The translations under genes were made by a program, and so were the position numbers. 64,000 bases of DNA, taken from Octopus vulgaris (Eukaryota). The stretch's first letter is position 1, and each line of letters starts with the position of its first letter. Location: positions 141,174,001 to 141,238,000 of the forward strand of contig OX597817.1 in the NCBI GenBank assembly GCA_951406725.2, given 5' to 3'. Under the pieces are notes generated by a model. It saw only the letters and a program-made list of their open reading frames with translations. It made no database searches and was not told the origin of the DNA. Shown one piece after another: positions 36,277 through 50,624 of the stretch.

Positions 36277-37234
36277 GGTATATGAATAGGACAGAGGATT
36301 TTTTTGCTTCAGGTCAGGCTAACTGTGGAGATAAATACCAGGTTTTGGGAGAAGTTACCTGTAACAAGATTAGTATCTTATCCAGAACAGATTTATCTCT
36401 TTTCTAATTACCACTTCTGAATTGGCAGTTCAGGAAAGAGAATTTGCATAGAGAGAACAAATACTAATAAAAGGGGGATGAAAAAGTAACTATTTCTAAT
36501 TATTTAATCATTATAAATTGATATTGTAAATCTACTTTTATAACAGGATTATAACAGCAGAGCTTTACAAGAGAACAATTTCTACCATGACAAAGTTTTT
36601 CAACAGATTTAATGAAGACACTGCAGCATATCTAGGAAAGAAATATACAGCTCTAAGGCGGCAAGCTGGCAGAAACGTTAGCACGCTGAGCGAAATGTGC
36701 AGCCGTATTTTGTCTGTCGTTACATTCCGAGTTCAAATTCCGCTGAGGTTGGCTTTACCTTTCATCCTTTCGGGGTCGATAAATTAAGTACCAGTCACAC
36801 ACTGAGGTAGATGTAATCAACTTAATCCCTTTGTCTGTCCTTGTTTGTCCCCTCTGTGTGTAGTAAAGAAATAAATATACAGCTCTAAAATAGGCAGAGA
36901 TGTGGCAACCACATGGTTTCAACTAAAGCCCCAAGCTGACCTAAGCCTTGAGAATGGAGCTGGTAACCAGAAACTGAAAGAAGCCCATCATATATGTATG
37001 TAAGCATGTTGTATGACAGTGTGTGTGTGTGTGTGTGTGTTTCATAGCTGCAGTCATTTATTTTCAATATTCTGTTAGAAGCATGTCTAGTTTTAGGGAA
37101 ATATTACCTAGCTTGGAAACAGGTGAGGGTTGGCAATGGAAGAGCATCCAGCTGCGGAAAATCTGCGTTCATAAAGAATTTTGTCTGACCCGTGCAAGCA
37201 TGCAAAAGTTGAGGTTAGAACGAAAGTTACCCAC

Positions 37235-37502
37235 CAGTTGAAGGTGCACGGATAATGGTCGGCTGGGATTGAGTGGTAGCAGTTGAGGTCTTTGATAAAG
37301 TGTTACTGAGAGGAACTGCAGCTGGAGTAATTGTCTGGGCAGGAGGTAAGTCATATTTCTGTAACTGGAGAAGATAGGCATCGGCAGTTGGTACAGCACC
37401 CCAACAAACTTCGAGTGTATTTGTACTGGCACGAACCAGCTGCACACGAGATGGTGCAGGAGGCTTTTCCGTTTCTAGGAACCAAAGGTCCTTGAAGCAT
37501 AC
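37235..37502 (-). CDS. HCFC1: HCF-1 exon (end of Kelch, N-terminal Fn3/self-association element)
   Basis: Encodes [51 protein letters not shown].... The gtgggt donor was chosen because it keeps phase with the next exon. Confidence 0.92.
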
Positions 37503-38300
37503 CTTTAACAAACAACAAAAGCATTTTAGCAGAAATATCTGTTGTAATCTTTTTATTCACATAACATCACAAATATTTATAACACTTTGTATTCCTCATT
37601 GAAATAATTTATGTGGTGTGGGCATATTTCCAAAAATACAGTTTTAAACAAGGACTTCCCAATTGTAAAAGCAGAATCCAAATTTTAAAATTTGTTAAAA
37701 TTAAGAACTCATATTTTTATACAACTGAAAGTGCAGGTGAAGAAGTCTGCTTCCCAATCACATGGCACCATAAGCAAGTGTCATACTGGGCCAACCTGAT
37801 CCCAGCCTTGTGAATAGATTTGAGAGATGGAAACTGAAAGGAATCCATCATTTATATATATAAATGATGGATTTCTTTATATATATCAAATGAAGCAATG
37901 TCCATGTCGGTGGCACGTAAGAACCACCAACCGATCGTGGCCGTTGCCAGCCCGACCTGGCACCTGTGCCGGTGGCACGTAAAAAGCACCATCCATACGT
38001 GATCGATGCCAGCGCCACCTTGACTGGCTTCCGTGCTAGTGGCATGTAAAAAGCACCAACTGATCGTGGCCATTGCCAGCCTCCCCTGGCACCTGTGCCA
38101 GTGGCATGTAAAAAGCACCCACTACACTCACGGAGTGGTTGGCGTTAGGAAGGGCATCCAGCTGTAGAAACACTGCTAGATCAGACTCGAGCCTGGTGCA
38201 GCCTCCTGGCTTCCCAGACCCCGGTTGAATCGTCCAACCCGTGCTAGCATGGAAAATGGATGTTAAACAATGATGATGAATGTGATTGAGTAGATCTCAC

Positions 38301-38446
38301 CTGATTGTTCCAAGCCTTTCGGTAACCATCTCGACCACTCCAGATGTAAAGTCGTGAGTGCACAGCAACGGCACAATGACCTGCTCGAGCTCGAGGTAAA
38401 GCATCTTCAAAGACTTCCATGGCAAGGGGTTCCCAAGTCATTGTAT
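38301..38446 (-). CDS. HCFC1: HCF-1 exon (Kelch)
   Basis: Encodes [49 protein letters not shown]; aag/gtgaga boundaries. Confidence 0.96.
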
Positions 38447-39262
38447 CTTTCAAAGAGAACAAAAAAAAAAAAGTCATAAAAACCACCATCATTTTAAACT
38501 AATTATTATTTCAAAACCAAGAAAAAAAAAAAACAAGGACAGATTGAAAAGAATACTAAAATGCAGAGGAAAAAGGATTTTCACCGCATGATATCCTCCA
38601 CATCATCATTTGAATAAGAGGTGAATTCTACACCAATCATTGATCAAGGAAGGAATTTGAATTAAACACTTGCTAATCATAGAATAACTTTATTTCTTAC
38701 AGTGATGAACCATACCTCCGATACTCCAATACGTACTGTATTTACTGATGTAAATTAGTCACCTACCTAAATTTTTTTCCTTCACAGTTTTTGTTTTACC
38801 CCATGTATAAGTGTCACCCTAGTTTTTTCAGTTAAAAATTAAGTATGATATAGTGACTTACATACAAGAACACCATCCAAGTGTAATCGTTGCCAGAGCG
38901 GCTATTTGGCCTCCGTGCCGGTGGCACGTAAAAGACATCATTCGAGCATGATTGTCACCAGCATCGCCTTACTGGCAACTGTACCGGTGGCATGTGTAAA
39001 AGATTCGAGCGAGGTCGTTGCCAGTACTGCCTGACTGGCTCCATGCCGGTGGCATGTAAAAGCACCCACTACACTCTTGGCGTGGTTGGCGTTAGGAAGG
39101 GCATCCAGCTGTAGAAACTCTGCCAGATCAAGACTGGAGCCTGGTGCAGCCATCTGGTTCGCCAGCCCTCAGTCATTCATCCAACCCATGCTAGCATGGA
39201 AAGCGGACGTTAAACGATGATGATGATGATACAAGTAGAAACAGATTGTGAAACAAACTTAC

Positions 39263-39454
39263 CTAGATTTAGGGAAGCTAGAGTGTTTGTACATTTCCAC
39301 TCTTTTTCATGTGTAGCAACTTTAATATCATCCATAACCAGTGGTACCCAACCTCCAAATACAAACATACGGTTTCCAATTACAGTTGCAGAATGCAGAC
39401 TGCGAGGTAACGGAGATATTCCTTGAACAACTGGTTTGGTCCAAGTCATTGTTT
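39263..39454 (-). CDS. HCFC1: HCF-1 exon (Kelch)
   Basis: Encodes ETMTWTKP...[50 protein letters not shown]; cag/gtaagt boundaries. Confidence 0.96.
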
Positions 39455-39545
39455 CTGAAAACAAAAATATTGTCATTTTGATTCGAAAAATTTATAAACA
39501 GCTGGATGGATGAATGTTAAAAGCAAACTGCTGAAGAAATCTTAC

Positions 39546-39754
39546 CACAATCAAGCTGCCAGAGATCTCCCAAGCGACAACCACTCATACCTCCATATAT
39601 TATTAACCTTGGTCGACGACCGTCTTTCTCTGAATAAGCTGCACAAGAATGTGATTCTCGAGGAGGCGGTGGCTGGCCGCCAGCTTGAGGAATGTCCCAA
39701 GCAATCGTGTTAGAATTTTGTTTCAACTCCAGTGAGTACAAGTCATTGAGATAC
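39546..39754 (-). CDS. HCFC1: HCF-1 exon (Kelch)
   Basis: Encodes [22 protein letters not shown]...[12 protein letters not shown]...[17 protein letters not shown]; cag/gtaag boundaries. Confidence 0.96.
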
Positions 39755-40811
39755 CTGAAAAAGAAAGAAACATCCAGTGACTAGGGAATTAAATTAGTCT
39801 AACACTGCTTTAAATATTAATGCATATAAACATCTATTTCTGTTTTGTCTAGTTTTTGTGTGGTTCCAGAAAACTTATGGTACCACATCAGTTACTAGAT
39901 TTTATTCACAAATTTTTCACGTTTCAATTCATTGTCTCAATTTCTGTTGCTATTGGTATTTTCAAAGTGTAAAAAAAAAAAAAATTCAAGCGAGGTCGTT
40001 GCCAGTACCGCCTGACTAACCCCCATGCCAGTGGCACGTAAAAAGCACCCACTACACTCTCGGAGTGGTTGGCATTAGGAAGGGCATCCAGCTGTAGAAA
40101 CTCTGTCAGATCAAGACTGGAGCCTGGTGCAGCCATCGGGTTCGCCAGCCCACAGTCAAACCATCCAACCTATGCTAGCATGGAAAGCGGATGTTAAACG
40201 ATGATGATGATGATGATGAATGGGAAAGAAAACCTTCAACTCTGTACATGGCATCTGCTTGTAGTACAAGAATTAAAAAAAAAGTTGCAGGTGGTAAGCA
40301 GATATGCAAAAATTCCTCAAATTAGCTTTTATAACTGAAAATGCATATGACAAGTTACAAAAACAATTGTAAACCATTCTTTGCTTGGTTAATATGAATA
40401 ACTATGGCAACTGAAGTCTATGCACTAATAAAATACAGTTTTGTAACAGAAAATTCAATCACAAGTTATCTCAGGACCATCGACTTTCTTGCATGAGTTA
40501 TTACATTGTCTTGACAGAAAGGAATGAACCATAACGGTGTCATGAATCTGTAATTAGTTCAATATCATTGCTTCATTTTTCTTTTAATTAAGTTTCTAAT
40601 TAATCTTACATAAAGAGAGTATATAATGATTTGCTTTAGAGGGAATTCTCCAGCAATCTTTCTCTGGTTCCAACAATACAAAGAGCAAGAGTAGAACAGG
40701 TGACAGACAAAAATGAAGTTGTGAACAACATGCATTAACAGTTTAATATAACAAATGTGAAATATAAATTGAGTTCCTGTAGGAATTTAAGAAATGTGTG
40801 AAGATACTAAC

Positions 40812-40899
40812 CTAGGAATATTATTTTTGGGGTCCTCACTGTCATTAGCCAGACCTCCAAACAAATATGCTTTACTCCCCAACAGGGTAAAGCTGTGCC
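40812..40899 (-). CDS. HCFC1: HCF-1 exon (Kelch)
   Basis: Encodes [30 protein letters not shown]; tag/gttagt boundaries; phases 1-2. Confidence 0.96.
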
Positions 40900-43466
40900 C
40901 TACAAAATAAAATAATTCCTTGTCAGAATGGAAAATGGACATTTGATGATGATGATGATTTATAAACATAAAATTTAAAAAAAATATATAATTTCATCAT
41001 TAAATAAATCTTATGATTATACAAATTCTTTTTCTTTATGCTTTGGGTCACCACCATAAAGTGTTTAGTTCAGTGGTTCTTAACCTTTTTACTATCACAC
41101 CTCCCCTAGGAATTTGTCTTTCTCTCCACACCCTTCTTACATCTATGAATAAAATTCTCTCCCAGATTTTAAATAAAATTTAAAATATGGTTTTAGTCTT
41201 TTTACTGAATATGAATGATTGATGCCAGACCTGCCTGACTGGTTTCTGTGCTGTTGACATGTAAAACAGCACCCACTACACTCTTGGATTGGTTGGCATT
41301 AGGAAGGGCATCCTAAGATTGAAGCCTGGTGCAGCTGCTGGCTTTCCAGACGTCAAGTCAAACCGTCCAACCCATGCCAGCATGGAAAATGGATGTTAAA
41401 TGATGATGATGAACATGGGTTGTCAAGCAGCAGAGGGACAGATGCAAACACACACACACATACAATGAACTTCTGCAGTTTCTCTTCATTAAATCCATTC
41501 ACAAGTAGAAGACACTTGCCCAAGGTGCCATGCAGTGAGACTGAACCTGGAACCATGTAGTTGGGAAGCAAATTTCTTACCACATACCCATGCCCATCAA
41601 ACTGTTAATTAGATTTTAGTACTGACATCGCCAAGTACTACATTCTGTTTTCACATTTTCTCATACCAAGTAGAGAGACATAAAGTGTCTCTCTACTTAC
41701 ATATAGTAATACTGCTGTACATGATATCAATTCAAAAAGCACTTTTCGAGTGTTAGGTCTCACGAAGGTAATGTGGCTGACGCCAGTGACATCTATCTGG
41801 CACTCGTGCCAATGACATGTAAAAAGCACATCGCATGTCAAGTGTTGGGCCTCATAGAGACAATCATCATCATCAGCGTTTAACGTCCGCTTTCCATGCT
41901 AGCATGGGTTGGACAGTTCGACCGGGGTCTGGGAAGCCAGGAGGCTGCACCAGGCCCAGTCTGATCTGGCAGTGTTTCTACAGCTGGATGCCCTTCCTAA
42001 CGCCAACCACTCCGTGAGTGTCCAACCACTCGTGGTTGATAATGGTGTTGCATAATAGGCACCTACGCTGGTGGCATGTAAAAAGCACCTTTTGAACGTT
42101 GGTTCTCAAGGAGGCAATGTGGCCAATGCTCATGTGCTTCATTGAGGCAATGACAAACGAACAAGACCTTTGGCAATATGCCATGTTTGAGACAAAGACC
42201 CATCAAACCAAGTGAAATTGTAGTCATGGTGAATACTTATTTCTTTACTGCCCACTAGGGGCTAAACACAGAGAACAAACAAGGATAGACAAACAGATTA
42301 AGTCGATTGTATCAACCCCAGTGCGTAACTGGTACTTAATTTAACGACCCCGAAAGGATGAAAGGCAAAGTTGACCTCGGCGGAATTAGAACTCAGAACG
42401 TACCAGCAGATGAAATACCGCCAAGTATTTTGCCTGGCGTGCTAACATGTCTGCCAGCTCGCTGCCTTGGCAAATACTGGTGTCATGCAATAGGCACTTG
42501 TGACAATGGAACATAAAACCACCCATTATACTATCAGAGTGGTTGGTGTTAGGAAGGACATCCAGCCAGAGAAACTAGGCCAAATCAGACTGGAGTCTGG
42601 TGCAGCCTTGATCAAACCATCTAACTCATGCCAGCAAAGAGAATGGACGTTAAATGATGAACTCAATGAAACCTTATTTACATGCAACTAAAACATTGTC
42701 TAGACATTTTCTTGCTTAAACATTGCCTAATTCCTGGCTGTAGCACCCAACAATAGTATATTTGATCATCATCATCATCAACATCACATTAAATGATGAT
42801 GATGATCAACCACTATAATTAAGTGGTTAAAATTGATTCAGTCACCTGATCATCATTTTGGCTCGTATAATTAGTTAGAACTGAAGAGAGCTTCACTTTC
42901 CAACCATGTGATTCTGGGTTCAGTCCCACTGTGTGGCACCTTGGGAAAATGCCTTCTACTATAGACCGAGTCCATCAAATATGTGTGTTTGTATGAGTGA
43001 GTTCATATTTTATTGCAAATAATTGTCCTGTTGGTCTAATCATGTAAATTGGACAGGTTGCACAATCCCTGTAAACAAAACACTTATCTTGGTGTTGTTA
43101 GTTTTACCACATAAACATGTCAGGACATTATGTTGTTTAACCCTTTAGTGTTTAAACCAGCCACATCCGGCCCAAATATTCTATGTTCTACATTTCAACT
43201 AGCCATATCTAGCCTCTCGCACCTAATCTACATTGACATTCTAAAAATAAATATTCACATCATTGAGATTTCAAAGCTATGAGATAATGCATGATTAATT
43301 CAAAACAATTTGAGTGAAAAAGTATTACATTTAACAGAGTAATCTGAACATTAAAGGATTAATAGACTAGGAGATAATTATCTCAATAATAGAAGAATCC
43401 ATTATATGTGTATAAAAAATGCTTAATGCAAAGAAATGATTGCAATGAAAAAACAAAGACACTTAC

Positions 43467-43688
43467 CAAGTCTGGGACAAGGTGGTTGGCCATTTTTTGG
43501 AGGCTTTGGTTTTAAACGCTTCCATTCCCACCTACTTGCTTGCAGTTCATACAGTTCATTAGAATATTTACCATACTCAACCATTCCACCAAACACAAGT
43601 ATGCGAGTAGCATCACAGACAAAGCCGTAAGCTGCACAGCCAGGTGGGATGTCTCCCCGAACAGCTGGTACAAACCACTGATTTGTTG
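43467..43688 (-). CDS. HCFC1: Host cell factor 1, first exon in window (Kelch domain)
   Basis: ag/gtaagt boundaries. Encodes [74 protein letters not shown], closely matching the HCF-1 Kelch sequence. Confidence 0.97.
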
Positions 43689-44799
43689 CTGAAACAGGTG
43701 AAAAAAGAAAATGAAGACAAATTGAAGAATGAAGAAAATGTTTGAACATGAAATAAATTTTCTTAGTTGTTGGATCAAATACTGGAATATAACCGTAATT
43801 TTAATATAATATTTGTTTGTTTTTACATGTTCTCCCATGCTAGAATGGGTTACGCATATTATCGAGACACTGTTTTACAAACAGGTGCCCCATCTCTTGC
43901 TAACAGTTATCTGTTCTTTTCATCATCATCATCGTTTAACGTCCGATTTCCATGCTAGCATGGGTTGGACGATTTTGACTAAGGGCTAGTGAACCAAATG
44001 GCTGCACCAGGCTCCAATCTTGATCTGGCAGAGTTTCTAAAGCTGGATGCCCTTCCTAACGCCAACCACTCCGAGAATGTAGTGGGTGCTTTTTATGTGC
44101 CACCAGCATGGGGGCCAGTCAGGCGGTACTGGCAACGTCCTCGAAAGGCTCTTTCAACAGTAAAGACTTTCTTCAAAAGTGCATACCTAGAGGTTGGTTT
44201 GTTGACAAGAGAAATTATAGGACATCACTACTGGCAGCTCAGAGATATGCAAATGTAAACACAAGCATACATGTATATAGTCATTGGACTGTCTTCATGC
44301 TGGGGTGCCACTTTGAGGAGTTTATTAGTCTAACAGATCAACTGTAGTACTATTTTTTAAAGTTTGGTACCTACTCTATCAGTCTCTTTTCTTAAACTAT
44401 GCTATGGGTTATGTAAACAAACCAACATGAGGTTTCAGTAGCGAGGAAGTGGTAACAACCCAGATGCAAAGATACATGATGGGCTTCCACTTTCCATTCA
44501 CCAAATTCACTCAAAACTATGACGCTTGGAACCAAGCTTTTAAAGCACACAAATATGCCTGAGTGTGTGTGTAAGCAAGCAGTGGAAGGGTAACAACCAT
44601 TACAATTCCTAAAGTAGCTGGACCTGGTACAGTAAAAGCTAGACATAGAAACATGCAAGACAACAGTTGAAATATAAACACTAGTAGATGCATGAAAAGA
44701 GAAATAAGGAAGGTATTTAATTTTGGTGCCACTAACGTAGGTAGGAGTAAAAAAGTACAATTTGTCCTATAACTCTAATTCAAACCAGCCAGATCCATC

Positions 44800-45145
44800 A
44801 AAATCAAATCCGATGACTGGCACCCGTGCTAGCAGGGTGCAAAGAGCACCATACGAACGTGATCATTGACAGAGTGGTTAACCGGCTTCCGTGCCAGTGG
44901 CACTTACAAGGCACCATTCGAGCATGATCGTTACCAGCGTCGCCTTACTGGCACTTGTGCCCGTGCTAGTAGGGTGCCAAGAGCACCATCCGAGCGTGAT
45001 TGTTGCCAGAGCAGCCAACTGGCTTCCATGCCAGTGGCACGTAAAAAGGCACCATTCGAGCGTGATTTTTACCAATGTCCCTTACTGGCACTTGTGCCGG
45101 TGGCATGCATAAAAAGATTCGAGCGAGGTCATTGCCAGTACCATG
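44800..45145 (+). repeat. RTE 3' UTR fragment (tandem units, 3' part missing)
   Basis: Same unit series as 4747-5331. Confidence 0.85.
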
Positions 45146-47525
45146 CAATTTTCTGGAACATTTAGTTCCAAAGCCTTTTTGGATTACTGGTTTTTCTGAA
45201 CCAGGGCTGGTCACCTTGGTCAACACGCTCTAAATTAAACAATTAAATTCCTTTAATTACATGAAATACAAATACTTGTACATCATCATTATCATCGTTT
45301 AACGTCCGCTTTCCATGTTAGCATGGGTTGGACGGTTTGACTGTGGGCTGGCAAACCAGATGGCTGCACCAGGCTCCAGTCTTGATCTGGCAAAAATTTT
45401 ATGTTTAAAAATTGAAAATTATGCAAGGGGAAAAATATTTGATCTTTAGCAAAGAGACAATTTCAGATATGTATTGGTCTTGGAGTAAAGATTATTTGCC
45501 ATAATTTAGCCGCAGGAGACATTGTCTCCAGCTGGCTATACAACATGATCTGTGTCCTTATATTTTTGAACATGTCTCCTGGGTCTAGATTGCAGCAACA
45601 TTGGCATTAGGAAGGGCATCCAACTGTAAAAACTCTGCCAGATCAAGATTGAAGCCTGGTGCAGCCATCTGGTTCGCCAGCCCTCAGTCATTCGTCCAAC
45701 CATACTAGCATGGAAAGCGGACGTTAAAAGATGATGATTTGTCCTAACCTAGGACTGCCATGTTATGTTGGCAAACATTCTTTACTCCAAAGTAATGCTG
45801 CTGAATATCTATCGTTGTGAGATTTACAAATAGTAATTTTCTAATGTTTTGGTCTTATTAGATGTCCTCAGTGACTCAGGGAATTATACTCTCTTCTGGA
45901 ACTGGGAGAAGACTGAATCGATATTGTGTACAGGAGTTTAATGTTGTAGAACATCAAGGCAAACTGTCAGAAGATCAGCCAAAGGCTAATAAGAATAAAC
46001 TATTTACTTGCAAACAAGTTCAGATATTGTTACAAATTGTACTGTTGGAATCAGTAATGACCAAGGTTAATTAAAATTAGCTCAGGTTTGTCAAACATAG
46101 CATGGAACATTACAACTTACTTTAATGCAACAATTTAAATGTTAATATCCAAAAGGAACAAACAGCCGGCATCAGTTGTTAGTTGTCGGAGGACTGCATC
46201 CTTCAAAACTTTCATGCTTCCTGAGATTCGCAAACACTACACCTGATTTTCTCCCCTCCATACATACGCAAGCATGTATTTGACTCATACACTGTTCGCT
46301 TTCCAGACATTTGTACATTACTGCATACGCTTTATGCGCACTTTTGACAAGTTGTGGTGCACCTGAGCACTGTATACAATAATTTCATTATTATTATTAA
46401 AATTCTTACAGACCTACTTCCAAACATTTTACATTTACTTTTTTTCTTGTTTTGATTTTTTTTGGCATCAATCTTTTTCCCAAGAAGAAACAAAACCAAT
46501 TCAATCTCCTGAACAATAACCTAGTTAGGAATTATTTATATTTCAATGAACACAGTGGCTCCCAACGTTGTTTTGGTTTTGTTGTTGTTGTTGGATGTGT
46601 GTCAACTTTACAAGAAAAATAGCATCTCTGAGATATATCTTCAATCTCAAAATGGAAATGCAGAATATTCAATGAACATTTCATTGTAAATATTTCTGGT
46701 CCTTGGAATGATGCTTGGTGCTTCTCCATCTGTAGCTGCCAGTGAAACATACAGATGCCGAGGAATAAATATTTTATGCCTGAAATATATGTTTCTTTAC
46801 TACCCACAGGGGGCTAAACATAGAGGGGACAAACAAGGACAGACAAAGGGATTAAGTCGATTACATCGACCCCAAGAGGATGAAAGGCAAAGTCGACCTC
46901 GGCGGAATTTGAACTCAGAACATAACGACAGGCGAAATACCGCTAAGCATTTCGCCCAGCGTGCTAACGTTTCTGCCAGCTCGCCGCCTTTATGCCTGAA
47001 ATATAATTAAATCATTTGTAGTTTTTTTACAACTTGTTGACCATCATTGCAAAGGGAAGCGTACTGGAAACTGTTGATGAAAATGGCAATGACTTAAATG
47101 GTATTGACTAAACTCTGAATGTAAGTAGTTACGTTTCTAAGTGTTTCACAGAGTTTAGTGAGTGAATGAGTGTGAAAGCGTGTGTGTGTGTGCGTGCATA
47201 TCATCATCATTGTTTAATGTCCGTTTTCCATGCTAGCATAGGTTGGACGGTTCGACCGGGGTCTGGGAAGCCAGGAGGCTGCACCAGGCCCAGTCTGATC
47301 TGGCAGTGTTTCTACAGCTGGATGCCCTTCCTAATGGCAACCACTCCGTGAGTGTAGTGGGTGCTTTTTACGTGCCAGGCAAGGCTGGCAACGGCCATGA
47401 TTGGTTGGTGCTTTTTACATGCCACCGGCACAGGACTTGGTCCACATTTCCATGCTTGCATGACCAAACAGAGTTTATTGACATAGGTGTTCTATGCTTA
47501 CAATAGTCAGCTGAAAACCTCATAG

Positions 47526-48118
47526 GGTGACCAAATGAGGTTTATTTTTCAACATAGTCCCCTTTGCCATTTACACACTTCTTCCATTGGTGCTGAGTGC
47601 TTGGATCCCATTGCTGAAGAATCTTTCATCCTGTTGCTCAAAAGAGTCATCAACAGTAGATACAGCATCACCATCACTGAGATACTAGTTCCTAACCAAG
47701 TGTTTTCTTCATGCTGGGAGACAGACGATAGATGGGGCCAAATCAGGAGAATAAGGATGGTGATCAAGCAGTTCAAAGGTACAGACATGCACAGCAGCCA
47801 TTGAAACAAAACTTGTTTCATCAGTTTTCCTGAGCATTTGGTCTTAATAGCCTTCCATAACAGCTTCAGCAAGTTGACACAGTACTCTCCATTGATGATG
47901 TGGCCTTTCTGAAGACAATCAATAAACAATGCCTTTTGCGTCCACAAAAACTGAGGCCATTACCTTCTTTGGAGCAGGTGAGGAAGTGTTTCCACTGAAT
48001 GCAGTGTCTCTTTGTCTCTGGTTCAAAATAGTGAAGCCAACACTCATACTGGGTTAGGAAACGTTCAAGGTAACTAACTGGATCTACCTGTAACAATGTT
48101 AGACTGTCCCATGATTAG
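47526..48118 (-). mobile_element. mariner transposase remnant, 3' half
   Basis: Motifs RFLTQYECWLHYFEPETKR...QWKH and LQKGHIINGEYCVNLL, plus HPYSPDLAP-like residues. Confidence 0.85.
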
Positions 48119-48119
48119 A

Positions 48120-50622
48120 GCAAAGAAACAGGACTGGAAGAGTTGGAGTAGCAGGGAACTGTATATCTATCTAGAGGAGAAGCAGAAAAGAAGTTTGCCT
48201 ATGTTCAGCAATGTGAGGACCAAAGGCTGGAAGTGTTTCAGATAGCAAAGACAATAAGAGAAAATTGTGCCCACATGGATGGTGGTGCACCGGCATTTAA
48301 TTATTCTGCAAGAAAGAGGCTTGGAAATGCCATTATGAAAAACTGCTAAATGTGGAGAATGAAACAGGAGGAGGTGAGTCTGCCAAATGTTGACCCAACA
48401 GAGAAACCAGCTATCTGAATCGACAGTAGCTTAGATAAAGCAATTAAGAACATGAAGACAAGGAAAGCACTCAGTTCATCAGGTATTTCTGCTGAGATGC
48501 TTAAAATATCTGACAGAGTAAGATATAGCCTAGTCACCCGCATAGGTAATCAGGCTGTCTACAAGGGAGTCAAACCCAACGATTAGTGTTGTAGCATCAT
48601 AGTCAAAGGCTACAAAGGCAAAGGTGACACCTTAGACAGGAACAATTACAGAGGCATCAAACTGTTGGATCAGGCGATGAAAGTCACAGAGAGGGTCATA
48701 GCTCAATTAATTAGGGAAAGAATTAGCACAGATGAGATACTGATCGGATTTGTGCCAGGCAGGAGCATGACTAATGCTATATTCCTAGTTAGGCAACTGC
48801 AGGAGATATATCTAGCCAAAATTAAACACCAGTACCTGGCTTTTGTCAACATGGAGAAAGCTTTGACAGAGTACCCCGCTCCCTTATCTGGTGGTCAATG
48901 CGGAAGGTAGGGATAGATGAGTGGTTGGTGAGAGCCATGCATGTCATGTACAGGGATGCTGTCAATAAGGTGACGGTTAGCAATGAGTATAGCAAGGAAT
49001 CCAGGGTACAAGTAGATTGGTTCTCATCCCCCTCTTATTCATCATAGCCCTCTATGCAGATAAGCTTGCTCTCATAGAGGCATCACTACCAGATCTAGAG
49101 AAGATATTTCAGGTGTGGAAGCAAGGTCTAGAATCAAAGGGCCTTACAGTCAGTGTAGCAAAAACAAAACTCCTAATAAGTAGAAAGGCGGACAAATCAC
49201 AAACCCCTTCCGGTAGATGGCCCTGTTTAATCTGTAGGTAAGGCATTGGTAGAAACTCCATAACATGTACCCAGTGCAAGCTATGGACACATAAGAGGTG
49301 CAGCAATATCAGAGGAAGGTTAACTGGGAGTATCATTTTTGTATGTGGAAGATGCACAGGTATAATAAATACTAAAAATAGATTCTATTGACTACCATCA
49401 GGGTAAGCTAGAGGTAGTAGATAGCATCTGTTATCTTGGTGACCAAGTTAGTAGTGGAGGTGGATGCTCTGAGAGCATAGCTGCAAGAATAAGAATAGGC
49501 TGGGCAAAGTTCAGAGAGCTCCTACCTCTGCTGGCAACAAAGTGTTTCTCTCTCAGAGTGAAAGACAGATTGTACGATGCCTGTGTGCGAACAGCTATGC
49601 TACATGACAGTAAAACAAGGGCTGTGATAGCTGAGGACGTGTAGGCATGAAAGAAATGAGGCCAGTATGACTGGATGTGCAATGTTAGTGTGCATTGAAA
49701 AGTTGGGCATAAGAGGCATCAGATGTGGTGCACAAGAGTCTGCGTTGGTATGGTCATGTGATGCATAAGGACAAGGACAGCTGTGTAAAGAAGTGCCGAT
49801 GGATAACTGGTGGAAACGTGTAGTAGAGGCAGACATGGGATGAGGTGATGAAGCATGACCTTTAAAATTAGGCTTCACAGAGGCAATGACTAGTGATCAA
49901 GATCTTTGGCTACATGCCATGCTTGAGAAGAACCAGTGAAGCCAAATGAAATCGTAGCTGTGGCTGATGCTGGTGTCATATGAAAAGTACTTTTCGAACA
50001 TTGGGCTTCATGGAGGCAAGGTGGCCAATAAAAATTATCTTTCAAGTGTTGGACCTCATAGCGGCAATTACAAATGACTGAGACCTTTGACAATTATGCC
50101 GTGCATGAGAAGAAGACCCATGAAGCCAAGTAAAATTGTAGTTAGGGCAGATACTGGTGTCACCTGTACCAATGGCACGTAAAAGCACCCATTACACTCT
50201 TGAACTGGTTGGCGTTAGGAAAGGCATCATCATCGGTTAATGTCCACTTTCCATGCTAGCATGGGTTGGACGGTTCGACTGGGGTCTGGGAAGCCAGGAG
50301 GCTGCACCAAGCCCAGTCTGATCTGGCAGTGCTTCTACAGCTGGATGCCCTTCCTAACACCGACCACTCCGTGAGTGTAGTGGGTGCTTTTTACATGCCA
50401 GGCGAGGCTGGCAGTGGCCACGATTGGTTGGTGCTTTTTATGTGCCACCAGCACGGAGGCCAGTTGAGGTGGCGCTGGCAACGGCCACGTTCGGATGGTT
50501 CTTTTACGTGCCACCGGCACTGGCGTGGAAATCATGCCAAATCAGACTAGAGTCTGGTACAGCCTTCCAGCTTGCCAGCTCTGTTCAAACCATCCCAGTG
50601 TGATGTTAAATGATGATGATGA
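48120..50622 (+). mobile_element. decayed RTE LINE inserted in a mariner element
   Basis: Same RT and PHD motifs as the other copies, with stop codons; GAT tail near 50611-50622. Confidence 0.88.
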
Positions 50623-50624
50623 CC

